DNA of 64,000 bases, taken from contig NC_086108.1 of NCBI RefSeq assembly GCF_963921235.1, positions 45,696,001 to 45,760,000 on the forward strand, given 5' to 3'. This stretch comes from Mobula hypostoma (Eukaryota). The translations under genes were made by a program, and so were the position numbers. This document shows, piece after piece, positions 41,241 through 53,676 of this stretch (the first letter of the stretch is position 1; each line of letters begins with the position of its first letter). A model generated the notes under the pieces. That model was given only the letters and a program-made list of their open reading frames with translations, did not search any database and was not told the DNA's origin.

Positions 41241-41664
41241 TCACTCCAGAACCAGGTACCAGTACAGACATATGGGTGGTGGGGTAATAAATTTGAGAAT
41301 CCCAAACATGTTACTGTGTGAATACTCAAGTGTTAATCCTGTTCAATATTCCTTCTCAAGTTGCTCCAAAAATTCCTTCATAGGTTCTCTTCTCCTTAAC
41401 TCTTCATCTCCTTTTGTTTCTCTCAACCCTCTATCACATTAGTAATATGTGCATACCTCCTTCATTTTCACACAACTATCAGCTGTACATTTAGTTACCA
41501 AGATCCCATAATCTGAAATTCCCTGCCAAAAGCCGCCAGTTCACTCTCCTCCTATTATTCTCCTCTACAATCCCTACTTTGATCACGCATCCAAATATAT
41601 ATTCCTCTGACATTATTTATTGCACATCTGATCTGCTATATCTTGCTCTTCTACATTAAAGATA

Positions 41665-42135
41665 TTCAAAGTTCAAATTTAAATTTATTATCAAAGTACA
41701 TACATGTCAACATATACAACCCTAAGATTTACTTTCTTGTGGATGTATTCACTAATTCTATAAAATAATAACCAGAATACAATCAATGAAAGACCACCCA
41801 ACTAGGGTGTTCAACCACAGTGCAGAAGACACCAACTGTGCAAATATAAAAATAATAACAAATAAATAAATAAGCAATATATATCAAGAACATGAGGTGA
41901 AGAGTCTTTGGAAGTGAGCCCATTGGTTGTGGGAAGATTTCATTGATGGGGCAAGTGAAATTGAGTAAAGTTATCTCTTTTGGTTCAACAGCCCGATGGT
42001 TGAAAGGCTATAACTGTTCCTGAACCTGGTGGTGTGAGTCCTGAGGCTCTTGTACCTTCTTCCTGACGGCAGCAGTGAGAAGAGAGCATGTCCTGGGTGG
42101 TGAGGGTCTCGGATGATGGATGCTGCTTTCCTGTG
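41665..42135 (-). mobile_element. Rex1-like 3' fragment
   Basis: HHPGHALFSLLPSGRRY-type coding remnant and a TTTGAAC tail. Confidence 0.7.
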
Positions 42136-43678
42136 TTTATATAGAAGGTTGTTGAATTGGTACTCAAACTTCAGGGTTTGTAATATATATCAGAACAACA
42201 GAACTACAGGGGTGTGGTTGCTCTGAGTGGTGTAGAGAGTTTTATTTTCAAAAATAAAGACATTTATCTAGATCCTTTAACAATTTTAGAATGTTATCAG
42301 ATTCAATTCCAACTGCTAATCTACTAAAAGTGGCAGCCAGTTTTCTCTTATAGGGCAATATGATAAAAACCACATAATCTGTTCAAACAGTATCTCCTGA
42401 GAGTTAAATTAGATGGGGATACGGGGCTTTTGAATCATTATGTTCACCTGAGAAAGCAGCCAGAGACTCAGGTTTATATTTATTTGAATCTTGGCATCTG
42501 TGGCAGGGCAGTACCTTCCGGTTTCTGCACTGGAAAGGCAGACTGAATTTTTGAGTACATATTTTGGGATGGAAGCACTATACTTGTCATTTAGGTCACT
42601 AAACTCTAAACTGGGTTTGTCCCAGGACTGGAAGACACTTTACCAGGACATGTTGGTAGTTTAGCCCCTAGACCTAAATTGATTACTTTAATTTGGCTCC
42701 TACCCTTAGACAACTCTAGTTTGAGAGCCCCTCCAGCGGAATTTTGCGGTGGTGATAATGGGCGAGGATCACTTCCGTGTGTTTAAAAGATGCTCACTGC
42801 TAAAGAACACCAGAGAATCAAACCCTTCAGGAAGCCTTGGGACTAAAGGTTGCGTCATTGTGTCCGTTGTTCACAACGCACCTTACTCTTTGCGACTTTG
42901 AGAACACAGTGCCGCCCAGGACTGCGGAGATTAATGTTTATTATTTTTGACCGTTTGGTGAAGACACAAATGTTAAATTTCCTATTTGTTCCGGATCTTT
43001 TCTTTTGTCCGGTGATCCAACACTTTTTCTTTCGCAGCTTGGTTAACGAAAACTGTTTTTTTACATGATAATGGGACCGCAATCCGATTTAAAACAAAGT
43101 GAGCAGAAACAACCGAGCCGCGACGGAAACACTACTTTACATTTCCAGCCGGAATTTAAATAAATTCCGCACCGGAAAAACGAAGTGGTCTAACTGTATA
43201 ACTGTAAATAGCAACAATTATAAATACCTCTTCATATATGGAAATGGGGGGGGGCGGAGGAAACAAATACTTTTGTGAAACACACTATAGTTGTAAGGGT
43301 TTTCTTTTAAACTTTATATCAAGGGAAGATATTAACATGAGCCTGTCATTATAATTTATAAAAGTTCGAAGCCGCAAATGTAACTAGAGAATTATTGAAG
43401 TTCTATGTTTAGTAATGCATGCAAAAGGAGGTATTTAAAAACGTTCAACAAGTCCAACCAAACGTTAAAATAGAAAACACGATAACCCCATGGTTTCTTA
43501 GAACGGTTTCAGTCTGATTCGATTTTAAAGAATTTAAAATACGGTTTAGCATAAAATCTTTTAAAATACTATACCTTGAATAAATGAAATAAATAGTTCT
43601 TCTCTTCTAGCATTTGAGTTACGAGCAGCTCTGCACGTTGTCAAGTATCTTAACTAATTTGCAGTTTTTCTCTCTTAC

Positions 43679-44129
43679 CGAATTGAGTAGAGGCGTGGAC
43701 CATGTAGGTGGAGACATTGTCCTTCCTCTCGCCACCGCCCTGTCTATCTTCCAGCCCCGAGGATCCACGCCTGTCCGGGAGAGAGGCTTCAGCCTCCGGC
43801 TGGGTGCTGTTGGTGGCCGGGCTCGGGGCCAGAGCTGGCAGTGGCTCCGGGGCAACAAGTGTGCTGGCCCCTGTGCTGTTGCCCTCTGCGGCCGAGCCCA
43901 GCTCCTCTTCCCGCTGCTGCTGCTTACGGAGCGCTTTCTGAGCTGCCATGATGCGCTGGCGCTCGGCGATCAGGAAACACTTGGGGCACTGGCAGTGGCG
44001 CCAGCTGCATACTCCGTGCCCCTTCAGCCGCACGTCGAAGCCGTGGTTCCTGCAGCGGGAGCATTTGGGAGTTCGCGGAGACTTGCTCAGCGTTCCGCCG
44101 CTTCTCTCCGTTTTCGAGCTCCCGGGCAT
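43679..44129 (-). CDS. dmrtb1: DMRTB1/dmrt6-like gene, coding exon 1 (DM domain)
   Basis: [13 protein letters not shown]...[35 protein letters not shown] and IMAAQK are DMRTB1-type. Kozak GGCATG, donor TTCG|GTAAG after 43679 (phase 1), GC/CpG-rich. Confidence 0.85.
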
Positions 44130-44233
44130 GCCTGCTGCTTCGACCCACAGAGTGAGGGTGCAAACTGAGTCAGAGAGACGAGGCGCGCACCTGCCAGAGG
44201 GAAAACGTTACACATGGCATACATTTGATGTTG

Positions 44234-44239
44234 TTTATA
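44234..44239 (-). promoter_or_regulatory. Candidate TATA box of the dmrtb1-like gene
   Basis: TTATAAACAA on the minus strand, about 105 nt upstream of the ATG; an AP-1-like TGACTCA lies near 44166-44172. Confidence 0.35.
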
Positions 44240-44390
44240 ACTTTCTTCAGATGGTCCCAGAATCGATACTTTTGCAACTGAACTGTTTCCAATACTGTAC
44301 TGGGAGAGTCTAGGACCAGAGGGCACAGCTTCAGAACACAAGGACGCCACTTTAGAACAGGAATTTCTTTGGCCTGAGGGTGGTGAAAAC

Positions 44391-47300
44391 TGTTGTGTTC
44401 TTTATACGTACCGTGGGTTACTAATAAGGAATCATGTTCTGGAAGAAATAGAACTTTTATTTACAGCAACAAAACCACGTTTCCTATAAAGCCATGTTCT
44501 CTCAGATCGTTCTCCCATTTCTGCGCATGCACAGAACTCCAACACGTTCTTACACGAGATATCATCACATCTTCCTTTCCTTAAAAAGAAAAACAATTAG
44601 CAACATTGACCATAACAAATGCATAACTTAACAGGTCTCTATCAGTCTCTCTGGGGGTTTACGAACACAAGTAGATCTTCTAAGTGGTTCACACAGTCTT
44701 TGTGTTTCATTGTTACTTCCATGTTTTGCCTGGTCTGCATCAGTTAACTGAAACTCTGAAGTTGGCTCTTTCTTGAAGTCTTTGCGATTTCTTCTTAATA
44801 CTACTGCTTCTTCTGTTTGGACCATGTATGATCTGGGTTGTACTTCTTCAAGTACTGTAGCTTTCTGTGTCCATGTGTTCATTTTGTCTTGTGTCCTTAC
44901 TTCACCTCCTTGTCCTTCAGACAAACATTTCCTTAGATCAGTCAACTCACATTCCACTGTTTCCTTATACTGTGCCCACTGTGAGTGTTCTTGCTCTAGA
45001 CGGTGATGAAACTAAATCTCATATTCTCTCAGTGTCTCTTTCATTATCGCTTGCATTGAAGCAACCTCCTCCTGCCATGCTTCTTCACATCATCAATTGC
45101 CTCCTGTTTGGTCGTCTCAGAAACTGCAGCTACTGCTTTTATGTTCTCCATGTCAGCATTTGCCTCCATGAGCTGGATCTGCAGTCGAGTTACTTCACCT
45201 TCTGCCGACTGTAATGCAACATTCTGTCACTTCAGCTCTGTTTTCAGTTGATGACGTAATGCAGAAGGCACTTTTCTACATGGATGTACTACGGGTGGCA
45301 CTGTGTTGTCAATTTTAATCATGTGCTCTCCTGGAAAACAACTAAGCCCTTTGAACAAGTCCTCATACTCTTTCATCAAGTCACTGTATTCTGACTCTGT
45401 GTCACTATCCAGGACTAATACTCTTTTCACCAAATTCAGTCTCTCACAGGCAGATAAACCCAGTATTGACTGTATATTCTTCGGCACGACCACAAATGAA
45501 AGCCTGTGCACAATATTTTTGTGTGATACTTTTGGCACACATGTTCCTTTAACTGGAATGCCTGCACCTGAATACCCAGTCACTTTTATATTTGTCTTAT
45601 GTAACTTTGGTCTTGGCTTTAATGCATTAAACCCAGATTCTGCAGAAACATTTACTTGTGCTCCAGTATCAAGTTTAAACAGAATATTGTTTTGGTTCAC
45701 TTGCAATGGAATAGTCCAGTCATTCTTACTTTCTTTGTTTTCACAAAGCACATCTATATAAAACTCCTCAAGTTCATTTTCAAGCACTGCATTTACTTGT
45801 TTTATTTTCTTCCTACTTCTGAACAGTGTGAAAAATGATTACTCTTACCGCAGTCATTGCACATTTTACCATATTCTGGATGCTGTTTTGGTCGATGTTG
45901 CCGCCCACAGCGATCACATAGCTTTTTCCTCTCAGATGACATCTTGCTTTCTGTCGGTTTTGTTGTCATTATTTTTTTCTAATATATTCGTGTTTCCTCA
46001 CAGCGTCTACATGGCAGCTCTCACTGAAAAGTTCTTTAGCCTGTAACGTCACGGTTTCCGAAGCCTTGCAGAGCATCACAGCTTTTTCCAGGTCTAAGTC
46101 TTGTTCTCTTAACAGTCTTTCTCTCAGACCATTATCCAGAATGCCACAAACAATTCTGTCTTTAATGAGAGAGTCTGTCAGTTCTCCAAACTCGTGTGTT
46201 TTACTTCGGTGTCTCAACTCAGTAATATATTGATTTATAGAGTCACCATCTTTCTGCCGACAAGTAAGAAATTTATACCTCTCAAATGTCATATTACGCT
46301 TTGGTATACAAAATGCTTCAAATTTGTCCATTATCAATTGCAAATTTAGATTGTCTCCACCTTCAAAAATAAAATGATTATATACTTCAATTGCGTCGCC
46401 AACTATTACATGTAGAAGTGCAGCTTGTGTTTTTTCCCCTTTTTTATCTGTTCTGATCGCCAATAAATATATTTCAAAACACTGCTTGAATTTTCTCCAG
46501 TTCTCAGCTATGTTCCCAGTCAGCTGAAGTGTCAGTGGGGGTCACAGCCCTTCCATCTGTAAAACTGTTAACAAACACCAAAACAGTTTGAACTCTTTTT
46601 TCAGTTGTAGCTCCCTGGTAAGCCTCAGGCTCGCTCAACTCACTCTCGTCTAGGGGAAGCAGCCTTCAGCCCCACCAGACTGGGTAATCAAGTTTGTGTG
46701 GAGGCTGTGTGATGTACCCCACCCCGCCAAATAACAGACAATACACCATATGTGATTAAATGATTACACTTTACTGGAACTATGTAATTAATAGAGATAA
46801 AATATAAAAGGAAAATAAAAGGCGCCAACCTTATCAAAGCTCAACCACTTCGTGCACAACCGTTGGAGCTCAATTAACGGAGTCTTCTTTCCACCATTCG
46901 ATCCCCTCCGACCTCCTCGACCTGCCGCCTGGGACTAACCACGGTGGTCAACCAGATGCTCCACACGAGTCTGTCTTCGTCTCCTCTCCTCGCCGAACAC
47001 CTTGGGCCTCGGACTCCCACTCGGGGTCCGTCCTGTCACCCAGCTTACAGCATCACGTCTCCTGTCTCTGCCCCCATCCGCCTTCTGCCTCATTGCCCGC
47101 GAAAAACAATAGCTTACAGACACACAAGAAAGAATAGCATCTATCCCAATTGGTTCGTTCTTTCTCTTATCAATCATATAACCCAAATAAGCTACGAAAG
47201 AGAAGCACTTTCTCAGCAGTTAACATAACAAAGAAGTCATTTTCATTAGCCTTAGCAGTAACATAAAAGAAGAAACCCCTTACACTGTAAATTATCTTCG

Positions 47301-47545
47301 GCTCTCCGGTGTTAGCCAACGTATTATTCTTCCAGACCGACTTCTGATACCATGTTGTGTGCTTTATACGTACCGTGGGTTACTAATAAAGAATCATGTT
47401 CTGGAAGAAATATAACTTTACTTACAGCAACAAAACCACGTTTTTTACAAAGCTATGTTCCCTCAGATCATTCTGGATCATTGTCTCATTTTTGTGCATG
47501 CTCAGAACCCTCTCCAATCATGTTCTTACATGTGCTATCACCACA
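44391..47545 (-). mobile_element. Ty3/Gypsy LTR retrotransposon, internally deleted (no RT, RNase H or IN core)
   Basis: LTRs at 44391-44569 and 47353-47545 (TG...CA) with TSD AAAAC. PBS TGGTATCAGAAGTC resembles a tRNA-Leu PBS; PPT AAGGAAAGGAAGA. gag starts at 46556 with an early stop, followed by protease FKLDTGA and IN tail PRSY...RRNR...LRRST. Confidence 0.95.
46606..47284 (-). mobile_element. Solo LTR (679 bp) nested in the Gypsy leader
   Basis: Minus-strand termini TGTAAGGGG...GGGAGCTACA; 4-bp flanks CAGT/CTGT (one mismatch). Confidence 0.65.
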
Positions 47546-48499
47546 AAAACATTGTCACAGGTGGCTGTGGAGGCCAGGTCATTGGGTATATTTAAGACAA
47601 AGAGTGATAGGTTCTTTATTAGTGTTGGTGTCAAAGGTTATGGGGAGAAGGCAGGAGAATGGGGTTGAAAGGGCTATTAAATCAGCTATGATGAAATGGC
47701 GGAGCAGACTGGATGGTCCGAATGGCCTAATTCTGCCCCTATATCTTATGCTCTTACAGTCTAAAATCAAGTGCTCGGGGGATCAGCGGGATAGATAGAG
47801 ATGGATTCGCCAGCCACTGCTGTGCTGCAAGGTAGGAACAGAGCTTTTCCGCTTTTCTACTGAATGTTTGATATGAAAACTATTCATTTTTGTGCTCTTC
47901 CACTTCAGTATTTGTCTAACTTTCAGTGAAGTGTAGAAACAATGAAGTATATTTCACTGGGATCATGCATTTTCTTCAGATTTTGGCGTTGAGAGGGAAA
48001 ATAAATCAGCCATGTTTGAATGACGGAGCAGATTCTTGTTATGACATTATCAGAATTGCAACCATACTCACTGGATAAGGTATACCTCGGGCTGGTATAC
48101 ATTCGCCTGAAGAGGAACTTGTTCAGAAGGAAAAAGCAAACACAGGTAAAGTAGGCAACGTCAATTTGGGTTTGGTTAAAGCCTGTGACCTTCTGCACTC
48201 TCAATCTGAGCATAGCCACCAAATTAGGTCCTTTGAAGGCATGTTGAAAAAAATACTAAATCCAATATTTCACCAGCACAAAGTTTACAATGTAACCTAA
48301 ACAACAGATTGACGCGATCGTTAGAAGCTAATTGATTTCATCTATAATTCCTGGGGTGCAAGTTGGAAATAAGATTGCAAGAACCCAAGCACCAAAGTTA
48401 TTAAAAAATCGTTTTCAAAATTTTGACGCATTACAAGTGGCCATGGCTACAACTGTCAAGTTACAATCTACAAATGCCTCTTCACTGAATTTGTAAAAT

Positions 48500-48895
48500 C
48501 AGAATTAAAATGTTTGGCCACTGGGAAGTTCCGCTTTTGGCAGCTGGAGTGAAGAAGCTTGACGAAGCAGTCCCCCAATTTACGAAGGGTCCCACCAGTG
48601 TAGAGCAGGCCTCATCGGAAGCACTGGACACGATAGATGACTTCAGCAGGTTCACAGATGAAGTGCTGGCTCGCCTGGAAGGACTTGCTTGGGGCCCTGA
48701 ATGGAGGTGAATGGGCAGGTGTAGCACTTTGGCCACTTGAAGGGATAATTGCTGGGAGAGAGACTAGTGGGGAGGGATGAATGGACAAGGGAATCACAGA
48801 GGGAGCGATCCCAGTGGAAAGCAGAGGGGAGTGGAGGTAAAGATGTTTGGTGGTAGGATCCCTTTGGAGATGGAGAAAGTAGTGGAGAGTGATGG
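48500..48895 (-). mobile_element. Penelope GIY-YIG fragment
   Basis: Homologous to 16680-17060; SIQGPKQ and CEPAEVIYRVQC motifs. Confidence 0.8.
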
Positions 48896-50119
48896 CTATT
48901 CCCTGTCCAGAGATCCAATAATCAAATACCTAAAAATTCAACCGTGTAGGGCGAAGGGAAACTCTTTCACCACATCTTCCTCCCCTGATGTGAGATTCTG
49001 ACTGGGCTCACAACCTTCCTGCCATGCTCACAAACATTTCCCAATCAGCCTTCTAGTATGCCACATAATGCACGCAAGAACCAAGATCTGGAAAAAAAAT
49101 TCCTCCTGAGTCACTGCCCGCAGAAATCACTGATTTATCCATCATACTGCCTTCAAAATACTGCCACTGGGGTCCCCAATATTTAGTTGGAAGGTATCTG
49201 AATGGGTTCCAGGGTATTTGTACATGTGCCACTGTGTACATTAGAATAAGGAATAAGTCTGGAGATTAAATAAATCTACCTGACATACTTCAATCACTGT
49301 GTATAGCCCCTCCTTTTATCTACTGTACAAACTGGCATAACCAACTGGAAAGAAATTACATGTGGAGGAGAATACATTTAAATCTCTCCATCTGAGGTAG
49401 ACCACTTGCCCCCCCCCCCCCAAAGACTGGGGATAATTTGCTTCTGTTCTGTTTTTGTGAGTTCTAAGGTATAAATGTGGCCAATGTGGAAACCACAGAC
49501 TTTTCCACACAGATGGAGTTAGTGGTGGCTAGCACAACAAGCAGATGGGTGGTTTATGAGTTGGTGAGTGCCTTCTGCTGCTTGTATGGAGCCTCTGTGC
49601 ACTCCTACATATGCCAGGCCTTGAGGTTCTCAATGCCATTATGAATACTCTGTGCAATTGTGAACCAGAGATCCAAAGGTCCGTCAGGGAAAGCTGCATT
49701 TCATTAAAGAGGATGCATCGAGAGCACCAGACACATTAGATGACCCCAGCAGGTTCTCCAGTGAATCCTTTCCTCTTTCTGCCTGGAAATCTCTTCCCAT
49801 CATACAGTTTGCTTGGGATTCAGATATGTGAATGACAGCTTATGTAGCATAGCGTAGTAACTATGCAGCATGCAGTGTAACTGAAGCCTGAATACTAAGG
49901 ATGTTGGGCCGGGGAGTACTCGAACGTTGGATCACTTATCCTTGCAGTGAATGTGGAGAATTTTGTGAATATAGTGTTGGTGATATTTTTCCAGTGCTTT
50001 CAGATGCCTGCTTTATGTAATCTATGTCTCAGTAGCATATAGGAGAGCAGCAATTGCTGCTGCTCAGCAGAGAATATGTTTTGTGCCAGGTTTGAACCCT
50101 TAAACCTTTCTAAGGTCTG

Positions 50120-53100
50120 TGCTGGTCTCACTTCCAACACTGTATTCCATCTGTCACTTCTTTGCCCATTATGCTAATCTGTCTAAGTCCTTCTTCAGTC
50201 TCTTTGATTCCTCAACACTACCTGCCCCTGTACCTATCTTCATATTATCTGCAAACTTGGCCAAAAAGCCATCAATTCCATCATCCAAATCATTGACGTA
50301 TGACGTAAAAACAAACGGTCCTAACATAGACCTCTGTGGAATACCACTAGTTACTGCCAGCCAATCTGAAAAAGATGCCTTTATTCCCACTCTTTGCTTC
50401 CTGCCAAGCAACCAATGTTCTATCCATGCTTGTATCTTTCCTGCAATACCTAGGGCTCTTATCTTGTTTAGCAGCCTCATGTGCAGTACCTTATCAAAGA
50501 CCTTCTGAAAATCCAAGCACACAGCATTCACTGATTCACCTTTGTCTATCCTGCTTGTTATTTCTTCAAAGAATTCTAACAGATTTGTCAGGAAAGATTT
50601 TCCCTTAAGGAAACCATGCTGACCTTGACCTATTTTGTCATGTCCCTCCAGGTAACCCAAGCCCACATCCTTAACAATTGACTCCAACATTTTCCCAAAC
50701 ACTGAAGTCAGACTAACTGGCTTATGATTTGTTTTTTTCCACCTCCCTCCGTTTTTGAGGAATAGAATGATATTTGCAATTTTCCAGTCTTCCAGAACCA
50801 TTCCAGAATCTGGTGATTCTTGAAAGATCATTAATAATGCCTCCACAATCTCTTCAGTTACCTCTTATAAGACCCTGGGCTGTAGTCCATCAGGTCCAGG
50901 TGACTTATCCGCCTTCAGACCTTTCAGTTTCCTAACCACCATCTCCCAAATAATAGCAACTCAATCACTTCTACCCTTGGCACACTAGAACTTCCAGCAT
51001 ACTATTAGTATCTTCCACAACGAAAAATAATGCAAAACACTTATTCAGTTCATCTGCCATTTCATTGTCCCCCCTTACTATCTCTCCAATGTCATTTTCT
51101 CCTCTATTTTACTCTATATGTATCTGCAAAAACTTTTGGTATCATTTTTGATATCATTGGCTCGCTTTCATCTTTTTCCTCCTTATGGGTTTTTTAGTTG
51201 CCTTCTTTGGTTTTTAGAAATGTCCCAATCCTCTAACTTCCCATTAATTCTTGCTCTATTATATGCCCTCTCTTTTGTTTTTATGTTGGTTTTGACTTCC
51301 CCTGTCAGCCATGGTTGCATCGTCTTGCCTTAAAAGTACTTCCTCTTCTTTGGAATGTATCTATCCTGTCCCTTCAGAATCACTTCCAGAAACTCCAGCC
51401 ATTGCTGCTCTGCCATCATCCGTGCTAGTATCCCCTTGTAATCCAGTTTGACAGCTTCTCTCTAATGCCTCTGTAATTCCCTTTACTCCACTGTAATACT
51501 GATACATCTAACTTTAGCTTCTCACTCTCAAATTGCAGGATGAATTCTATCATATTATGATCACTGTTTCCTAAGGGTCCCTTCATCTTAAGTTCCCTAA
51601 TCATATCTGGTTCATTATACAACACCCAGTCCAGAATTGCTGATCCCCTACTGGGCTCAACCACAAGATGCTCCAAAAAGCAATCCCCATCTTGTGATTC
51701 AGCATCAACCTGGTTTTTCCAGTCTATCTGCATATTGAAATCCCCAAAGGCTAATGTAACATTGCCTTTTTGTCATGCTTTTTCTATCTCCTGCTGTAAT
51801 TTGTAGTCCACATCCTAGCTTCTATCCAGAGGTCTATAAATAACTCCCATCAGGGTCTTTTTAGCCTTGCAGTTTCTTAACGCTACCCACAAGGATCCTA
51901 CATCTTCCAAACCTATGTCACATCTTTCTAAAGATTTGCTTTCACTTTCTGCCAGCAGAGCTTCTCCTCCTCCTTTGCCTACCTGCCTGTCCTTTCGATA
52001 GATTGGTATCCTTCGATATCAGGCTCCCAACTACAACCGTCACGCAGCTAAGACTCTGTGATGCTCACAACATCACACCTGCCAATCTTTACCTGCAGTA
52101 CAAGATCATCCAACTTATTTCATATACTGTGTGCATTAAGCTATAACTCCTTCAGTCCTGTATTTGTCACCCTTCTCAATTTTTTCCCCTTTCACACTGC
52201 AACCCATCCCACTGACTGCAATTTTGCCCAATCATCTGCCTGTGCTTCTTGACAGCCTCACTACACACTATCACTAGCTGTAAACCAACATCCCTATCCT
52301 CAACCCTATCACTTTGATTCCCATACCCAGTCCAATTTAGTTTAAAACAGTTTTAGCAAACTGGTCCACAAGGATATTTGTCCCCCTTGGGTTCAGGAGT
52401 AGCCCGTCCCTTTTGTATGGGTCATTTCTTCACCAGAAGAGATCTCAATGATCCATCAATCTGAAATCCTGCACACTGCACTGGTTCCGCAGCCATGTAT
52501 TCATCTGCCAAATCATTGGAGAATATTACCCTGCAAATCCTGTTTTTCAGCTTTCTACCTGGCTCTCTAAATTTTCTCTTTGGCGCCTCCTCTCTTTTCC
52601 ATTATATGTCATTGGTACCAGTATGTGTCAAGAAGTCTGGCTGCTCACTCTCTCATTCAGAATGTTGTGGACGTGATCCGAGAAGTCCATAACTCTGGCA
52701 CCTGGGAGGTAATGTACTATCTGGGTCTCTCTATCATATCCAGAGACTTTCTTATCTACTCCTCTAACTACAAAATCTTCTATCACCACTGCATTCTTCC
52801 TCTGACCCCTTCCCTTCAGAGCTACGGTGCACCAGTCAGAGACATGGTCGACGTGGCTCCCCTGGTAGGCTGTTCTCCCACCACCCAGTACCCAAAATGG
52901 TATACTAGTTTTTGGGAGGAATGGCCACAGTTGTACTCTGTACCAGCTGCATACTTCCCTTCCCTCTGCTGACAGTCACCCATTCACCTACCTCCTGCAA
53001 CCTCAGGGTGACTACCTCCCTGTAGCTCCTACCTATCATCTCCTCAGTTTCCCTTCTGAGCCAAAGGTCACTGAGTTGCAGCTCCAATTCTTTAACATGT

Positions 53101-53300
53101 TCTCTGAGGAGCTGCAGCTTGGTGCTTCTGGTGTCGATGTGGTTATCTGAAAGGCTGGAGGTCTCCCAGAACTCCTACATCTCACACACAGAACAAAACG
53201 CAGCCCCTGGAGCCATTCTTTCTGCCTTAATTATACACCTAAAACTGAGGAATGAGCAAGAGAAAGCTTATGTCACTCACATCTGTTATTGCCTAAGCCT
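50120..53300 (-). mobile_element. Long degraded CR1 (ORF1, APE and RT; 3' end missing)
   Basis: ORF1 (IGRSYREVVT...WVTV), APE (AILDWVL, SDHNMIEF) and RT (QHGFLKGKS, KFADN). Confidence 0.9.
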
Positions 53301-53484
53301 GTTGAGCCAAAGTCAAAAGTCTCCCCACTCTAACACTGCCCCACTCCAACAATGGCTCTGCTTATCCCTGCCTTATTTTTATTCAATCTCTGAGAAAACA
53401 GCTGATTTATAAAGCTCTCTTCTCGACCTGAGTGGAGACACCATTACCTTTCACCTCTGAACTCTGATTGTTTGCTGTTCGATC

Positions 53485-53676
53485 CAAAGTTACCCTAGTA
53501 AACTCTGTCCTTTTCTTGACTCTGAGGGGCTACTGCGAGTTGGAGGACATATTATGAGAGCACAGCTCACTTCAGAGGTACCTCACCCCATCGTCATTCC
53601 GGGCAAGCACCGTGTCACAGCTCTACTCATCAGAAATTATCATGAGCAAATACGTCATCAAAGCCAACATTTCTGA
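53485..53676 (+). mobile_element. BEL/Pao LTR retrotransposon pol fragment
   Basis: Manual translation KLCPFLDSEGLLRVGGH...HPIVIPGKHRVTALLIRNYHEQIRHQ, typical of the BEL/Pao RNase H-integrase junction. Confidence 0.8.

Larger units (their letters stand above)
44300..47757 (+). mobile_element. CR1 3' fragment split by the Gypsy insertion (44300-44390 and 47546-47757)
   Basis: CTAGGACCAGAGGGCACAGC...GAGGGTGGTGAAAAC resumes after the LTR element and ends with ATATCTTATGCTCTTA. Confidence 0.8.

Noticed and set aside
43679..44129. Calling this gene dmrt1
   Set aside because: [15 protein letters not shown] and exons 2-3 resemble DMRTB1; disfavoured but not formally excluded without phylogeny
43614..44313. 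Plus-strand ORFs of 184 and 121 aa
   Set aside because: They are antisense shadows of the GC-rich DM exon
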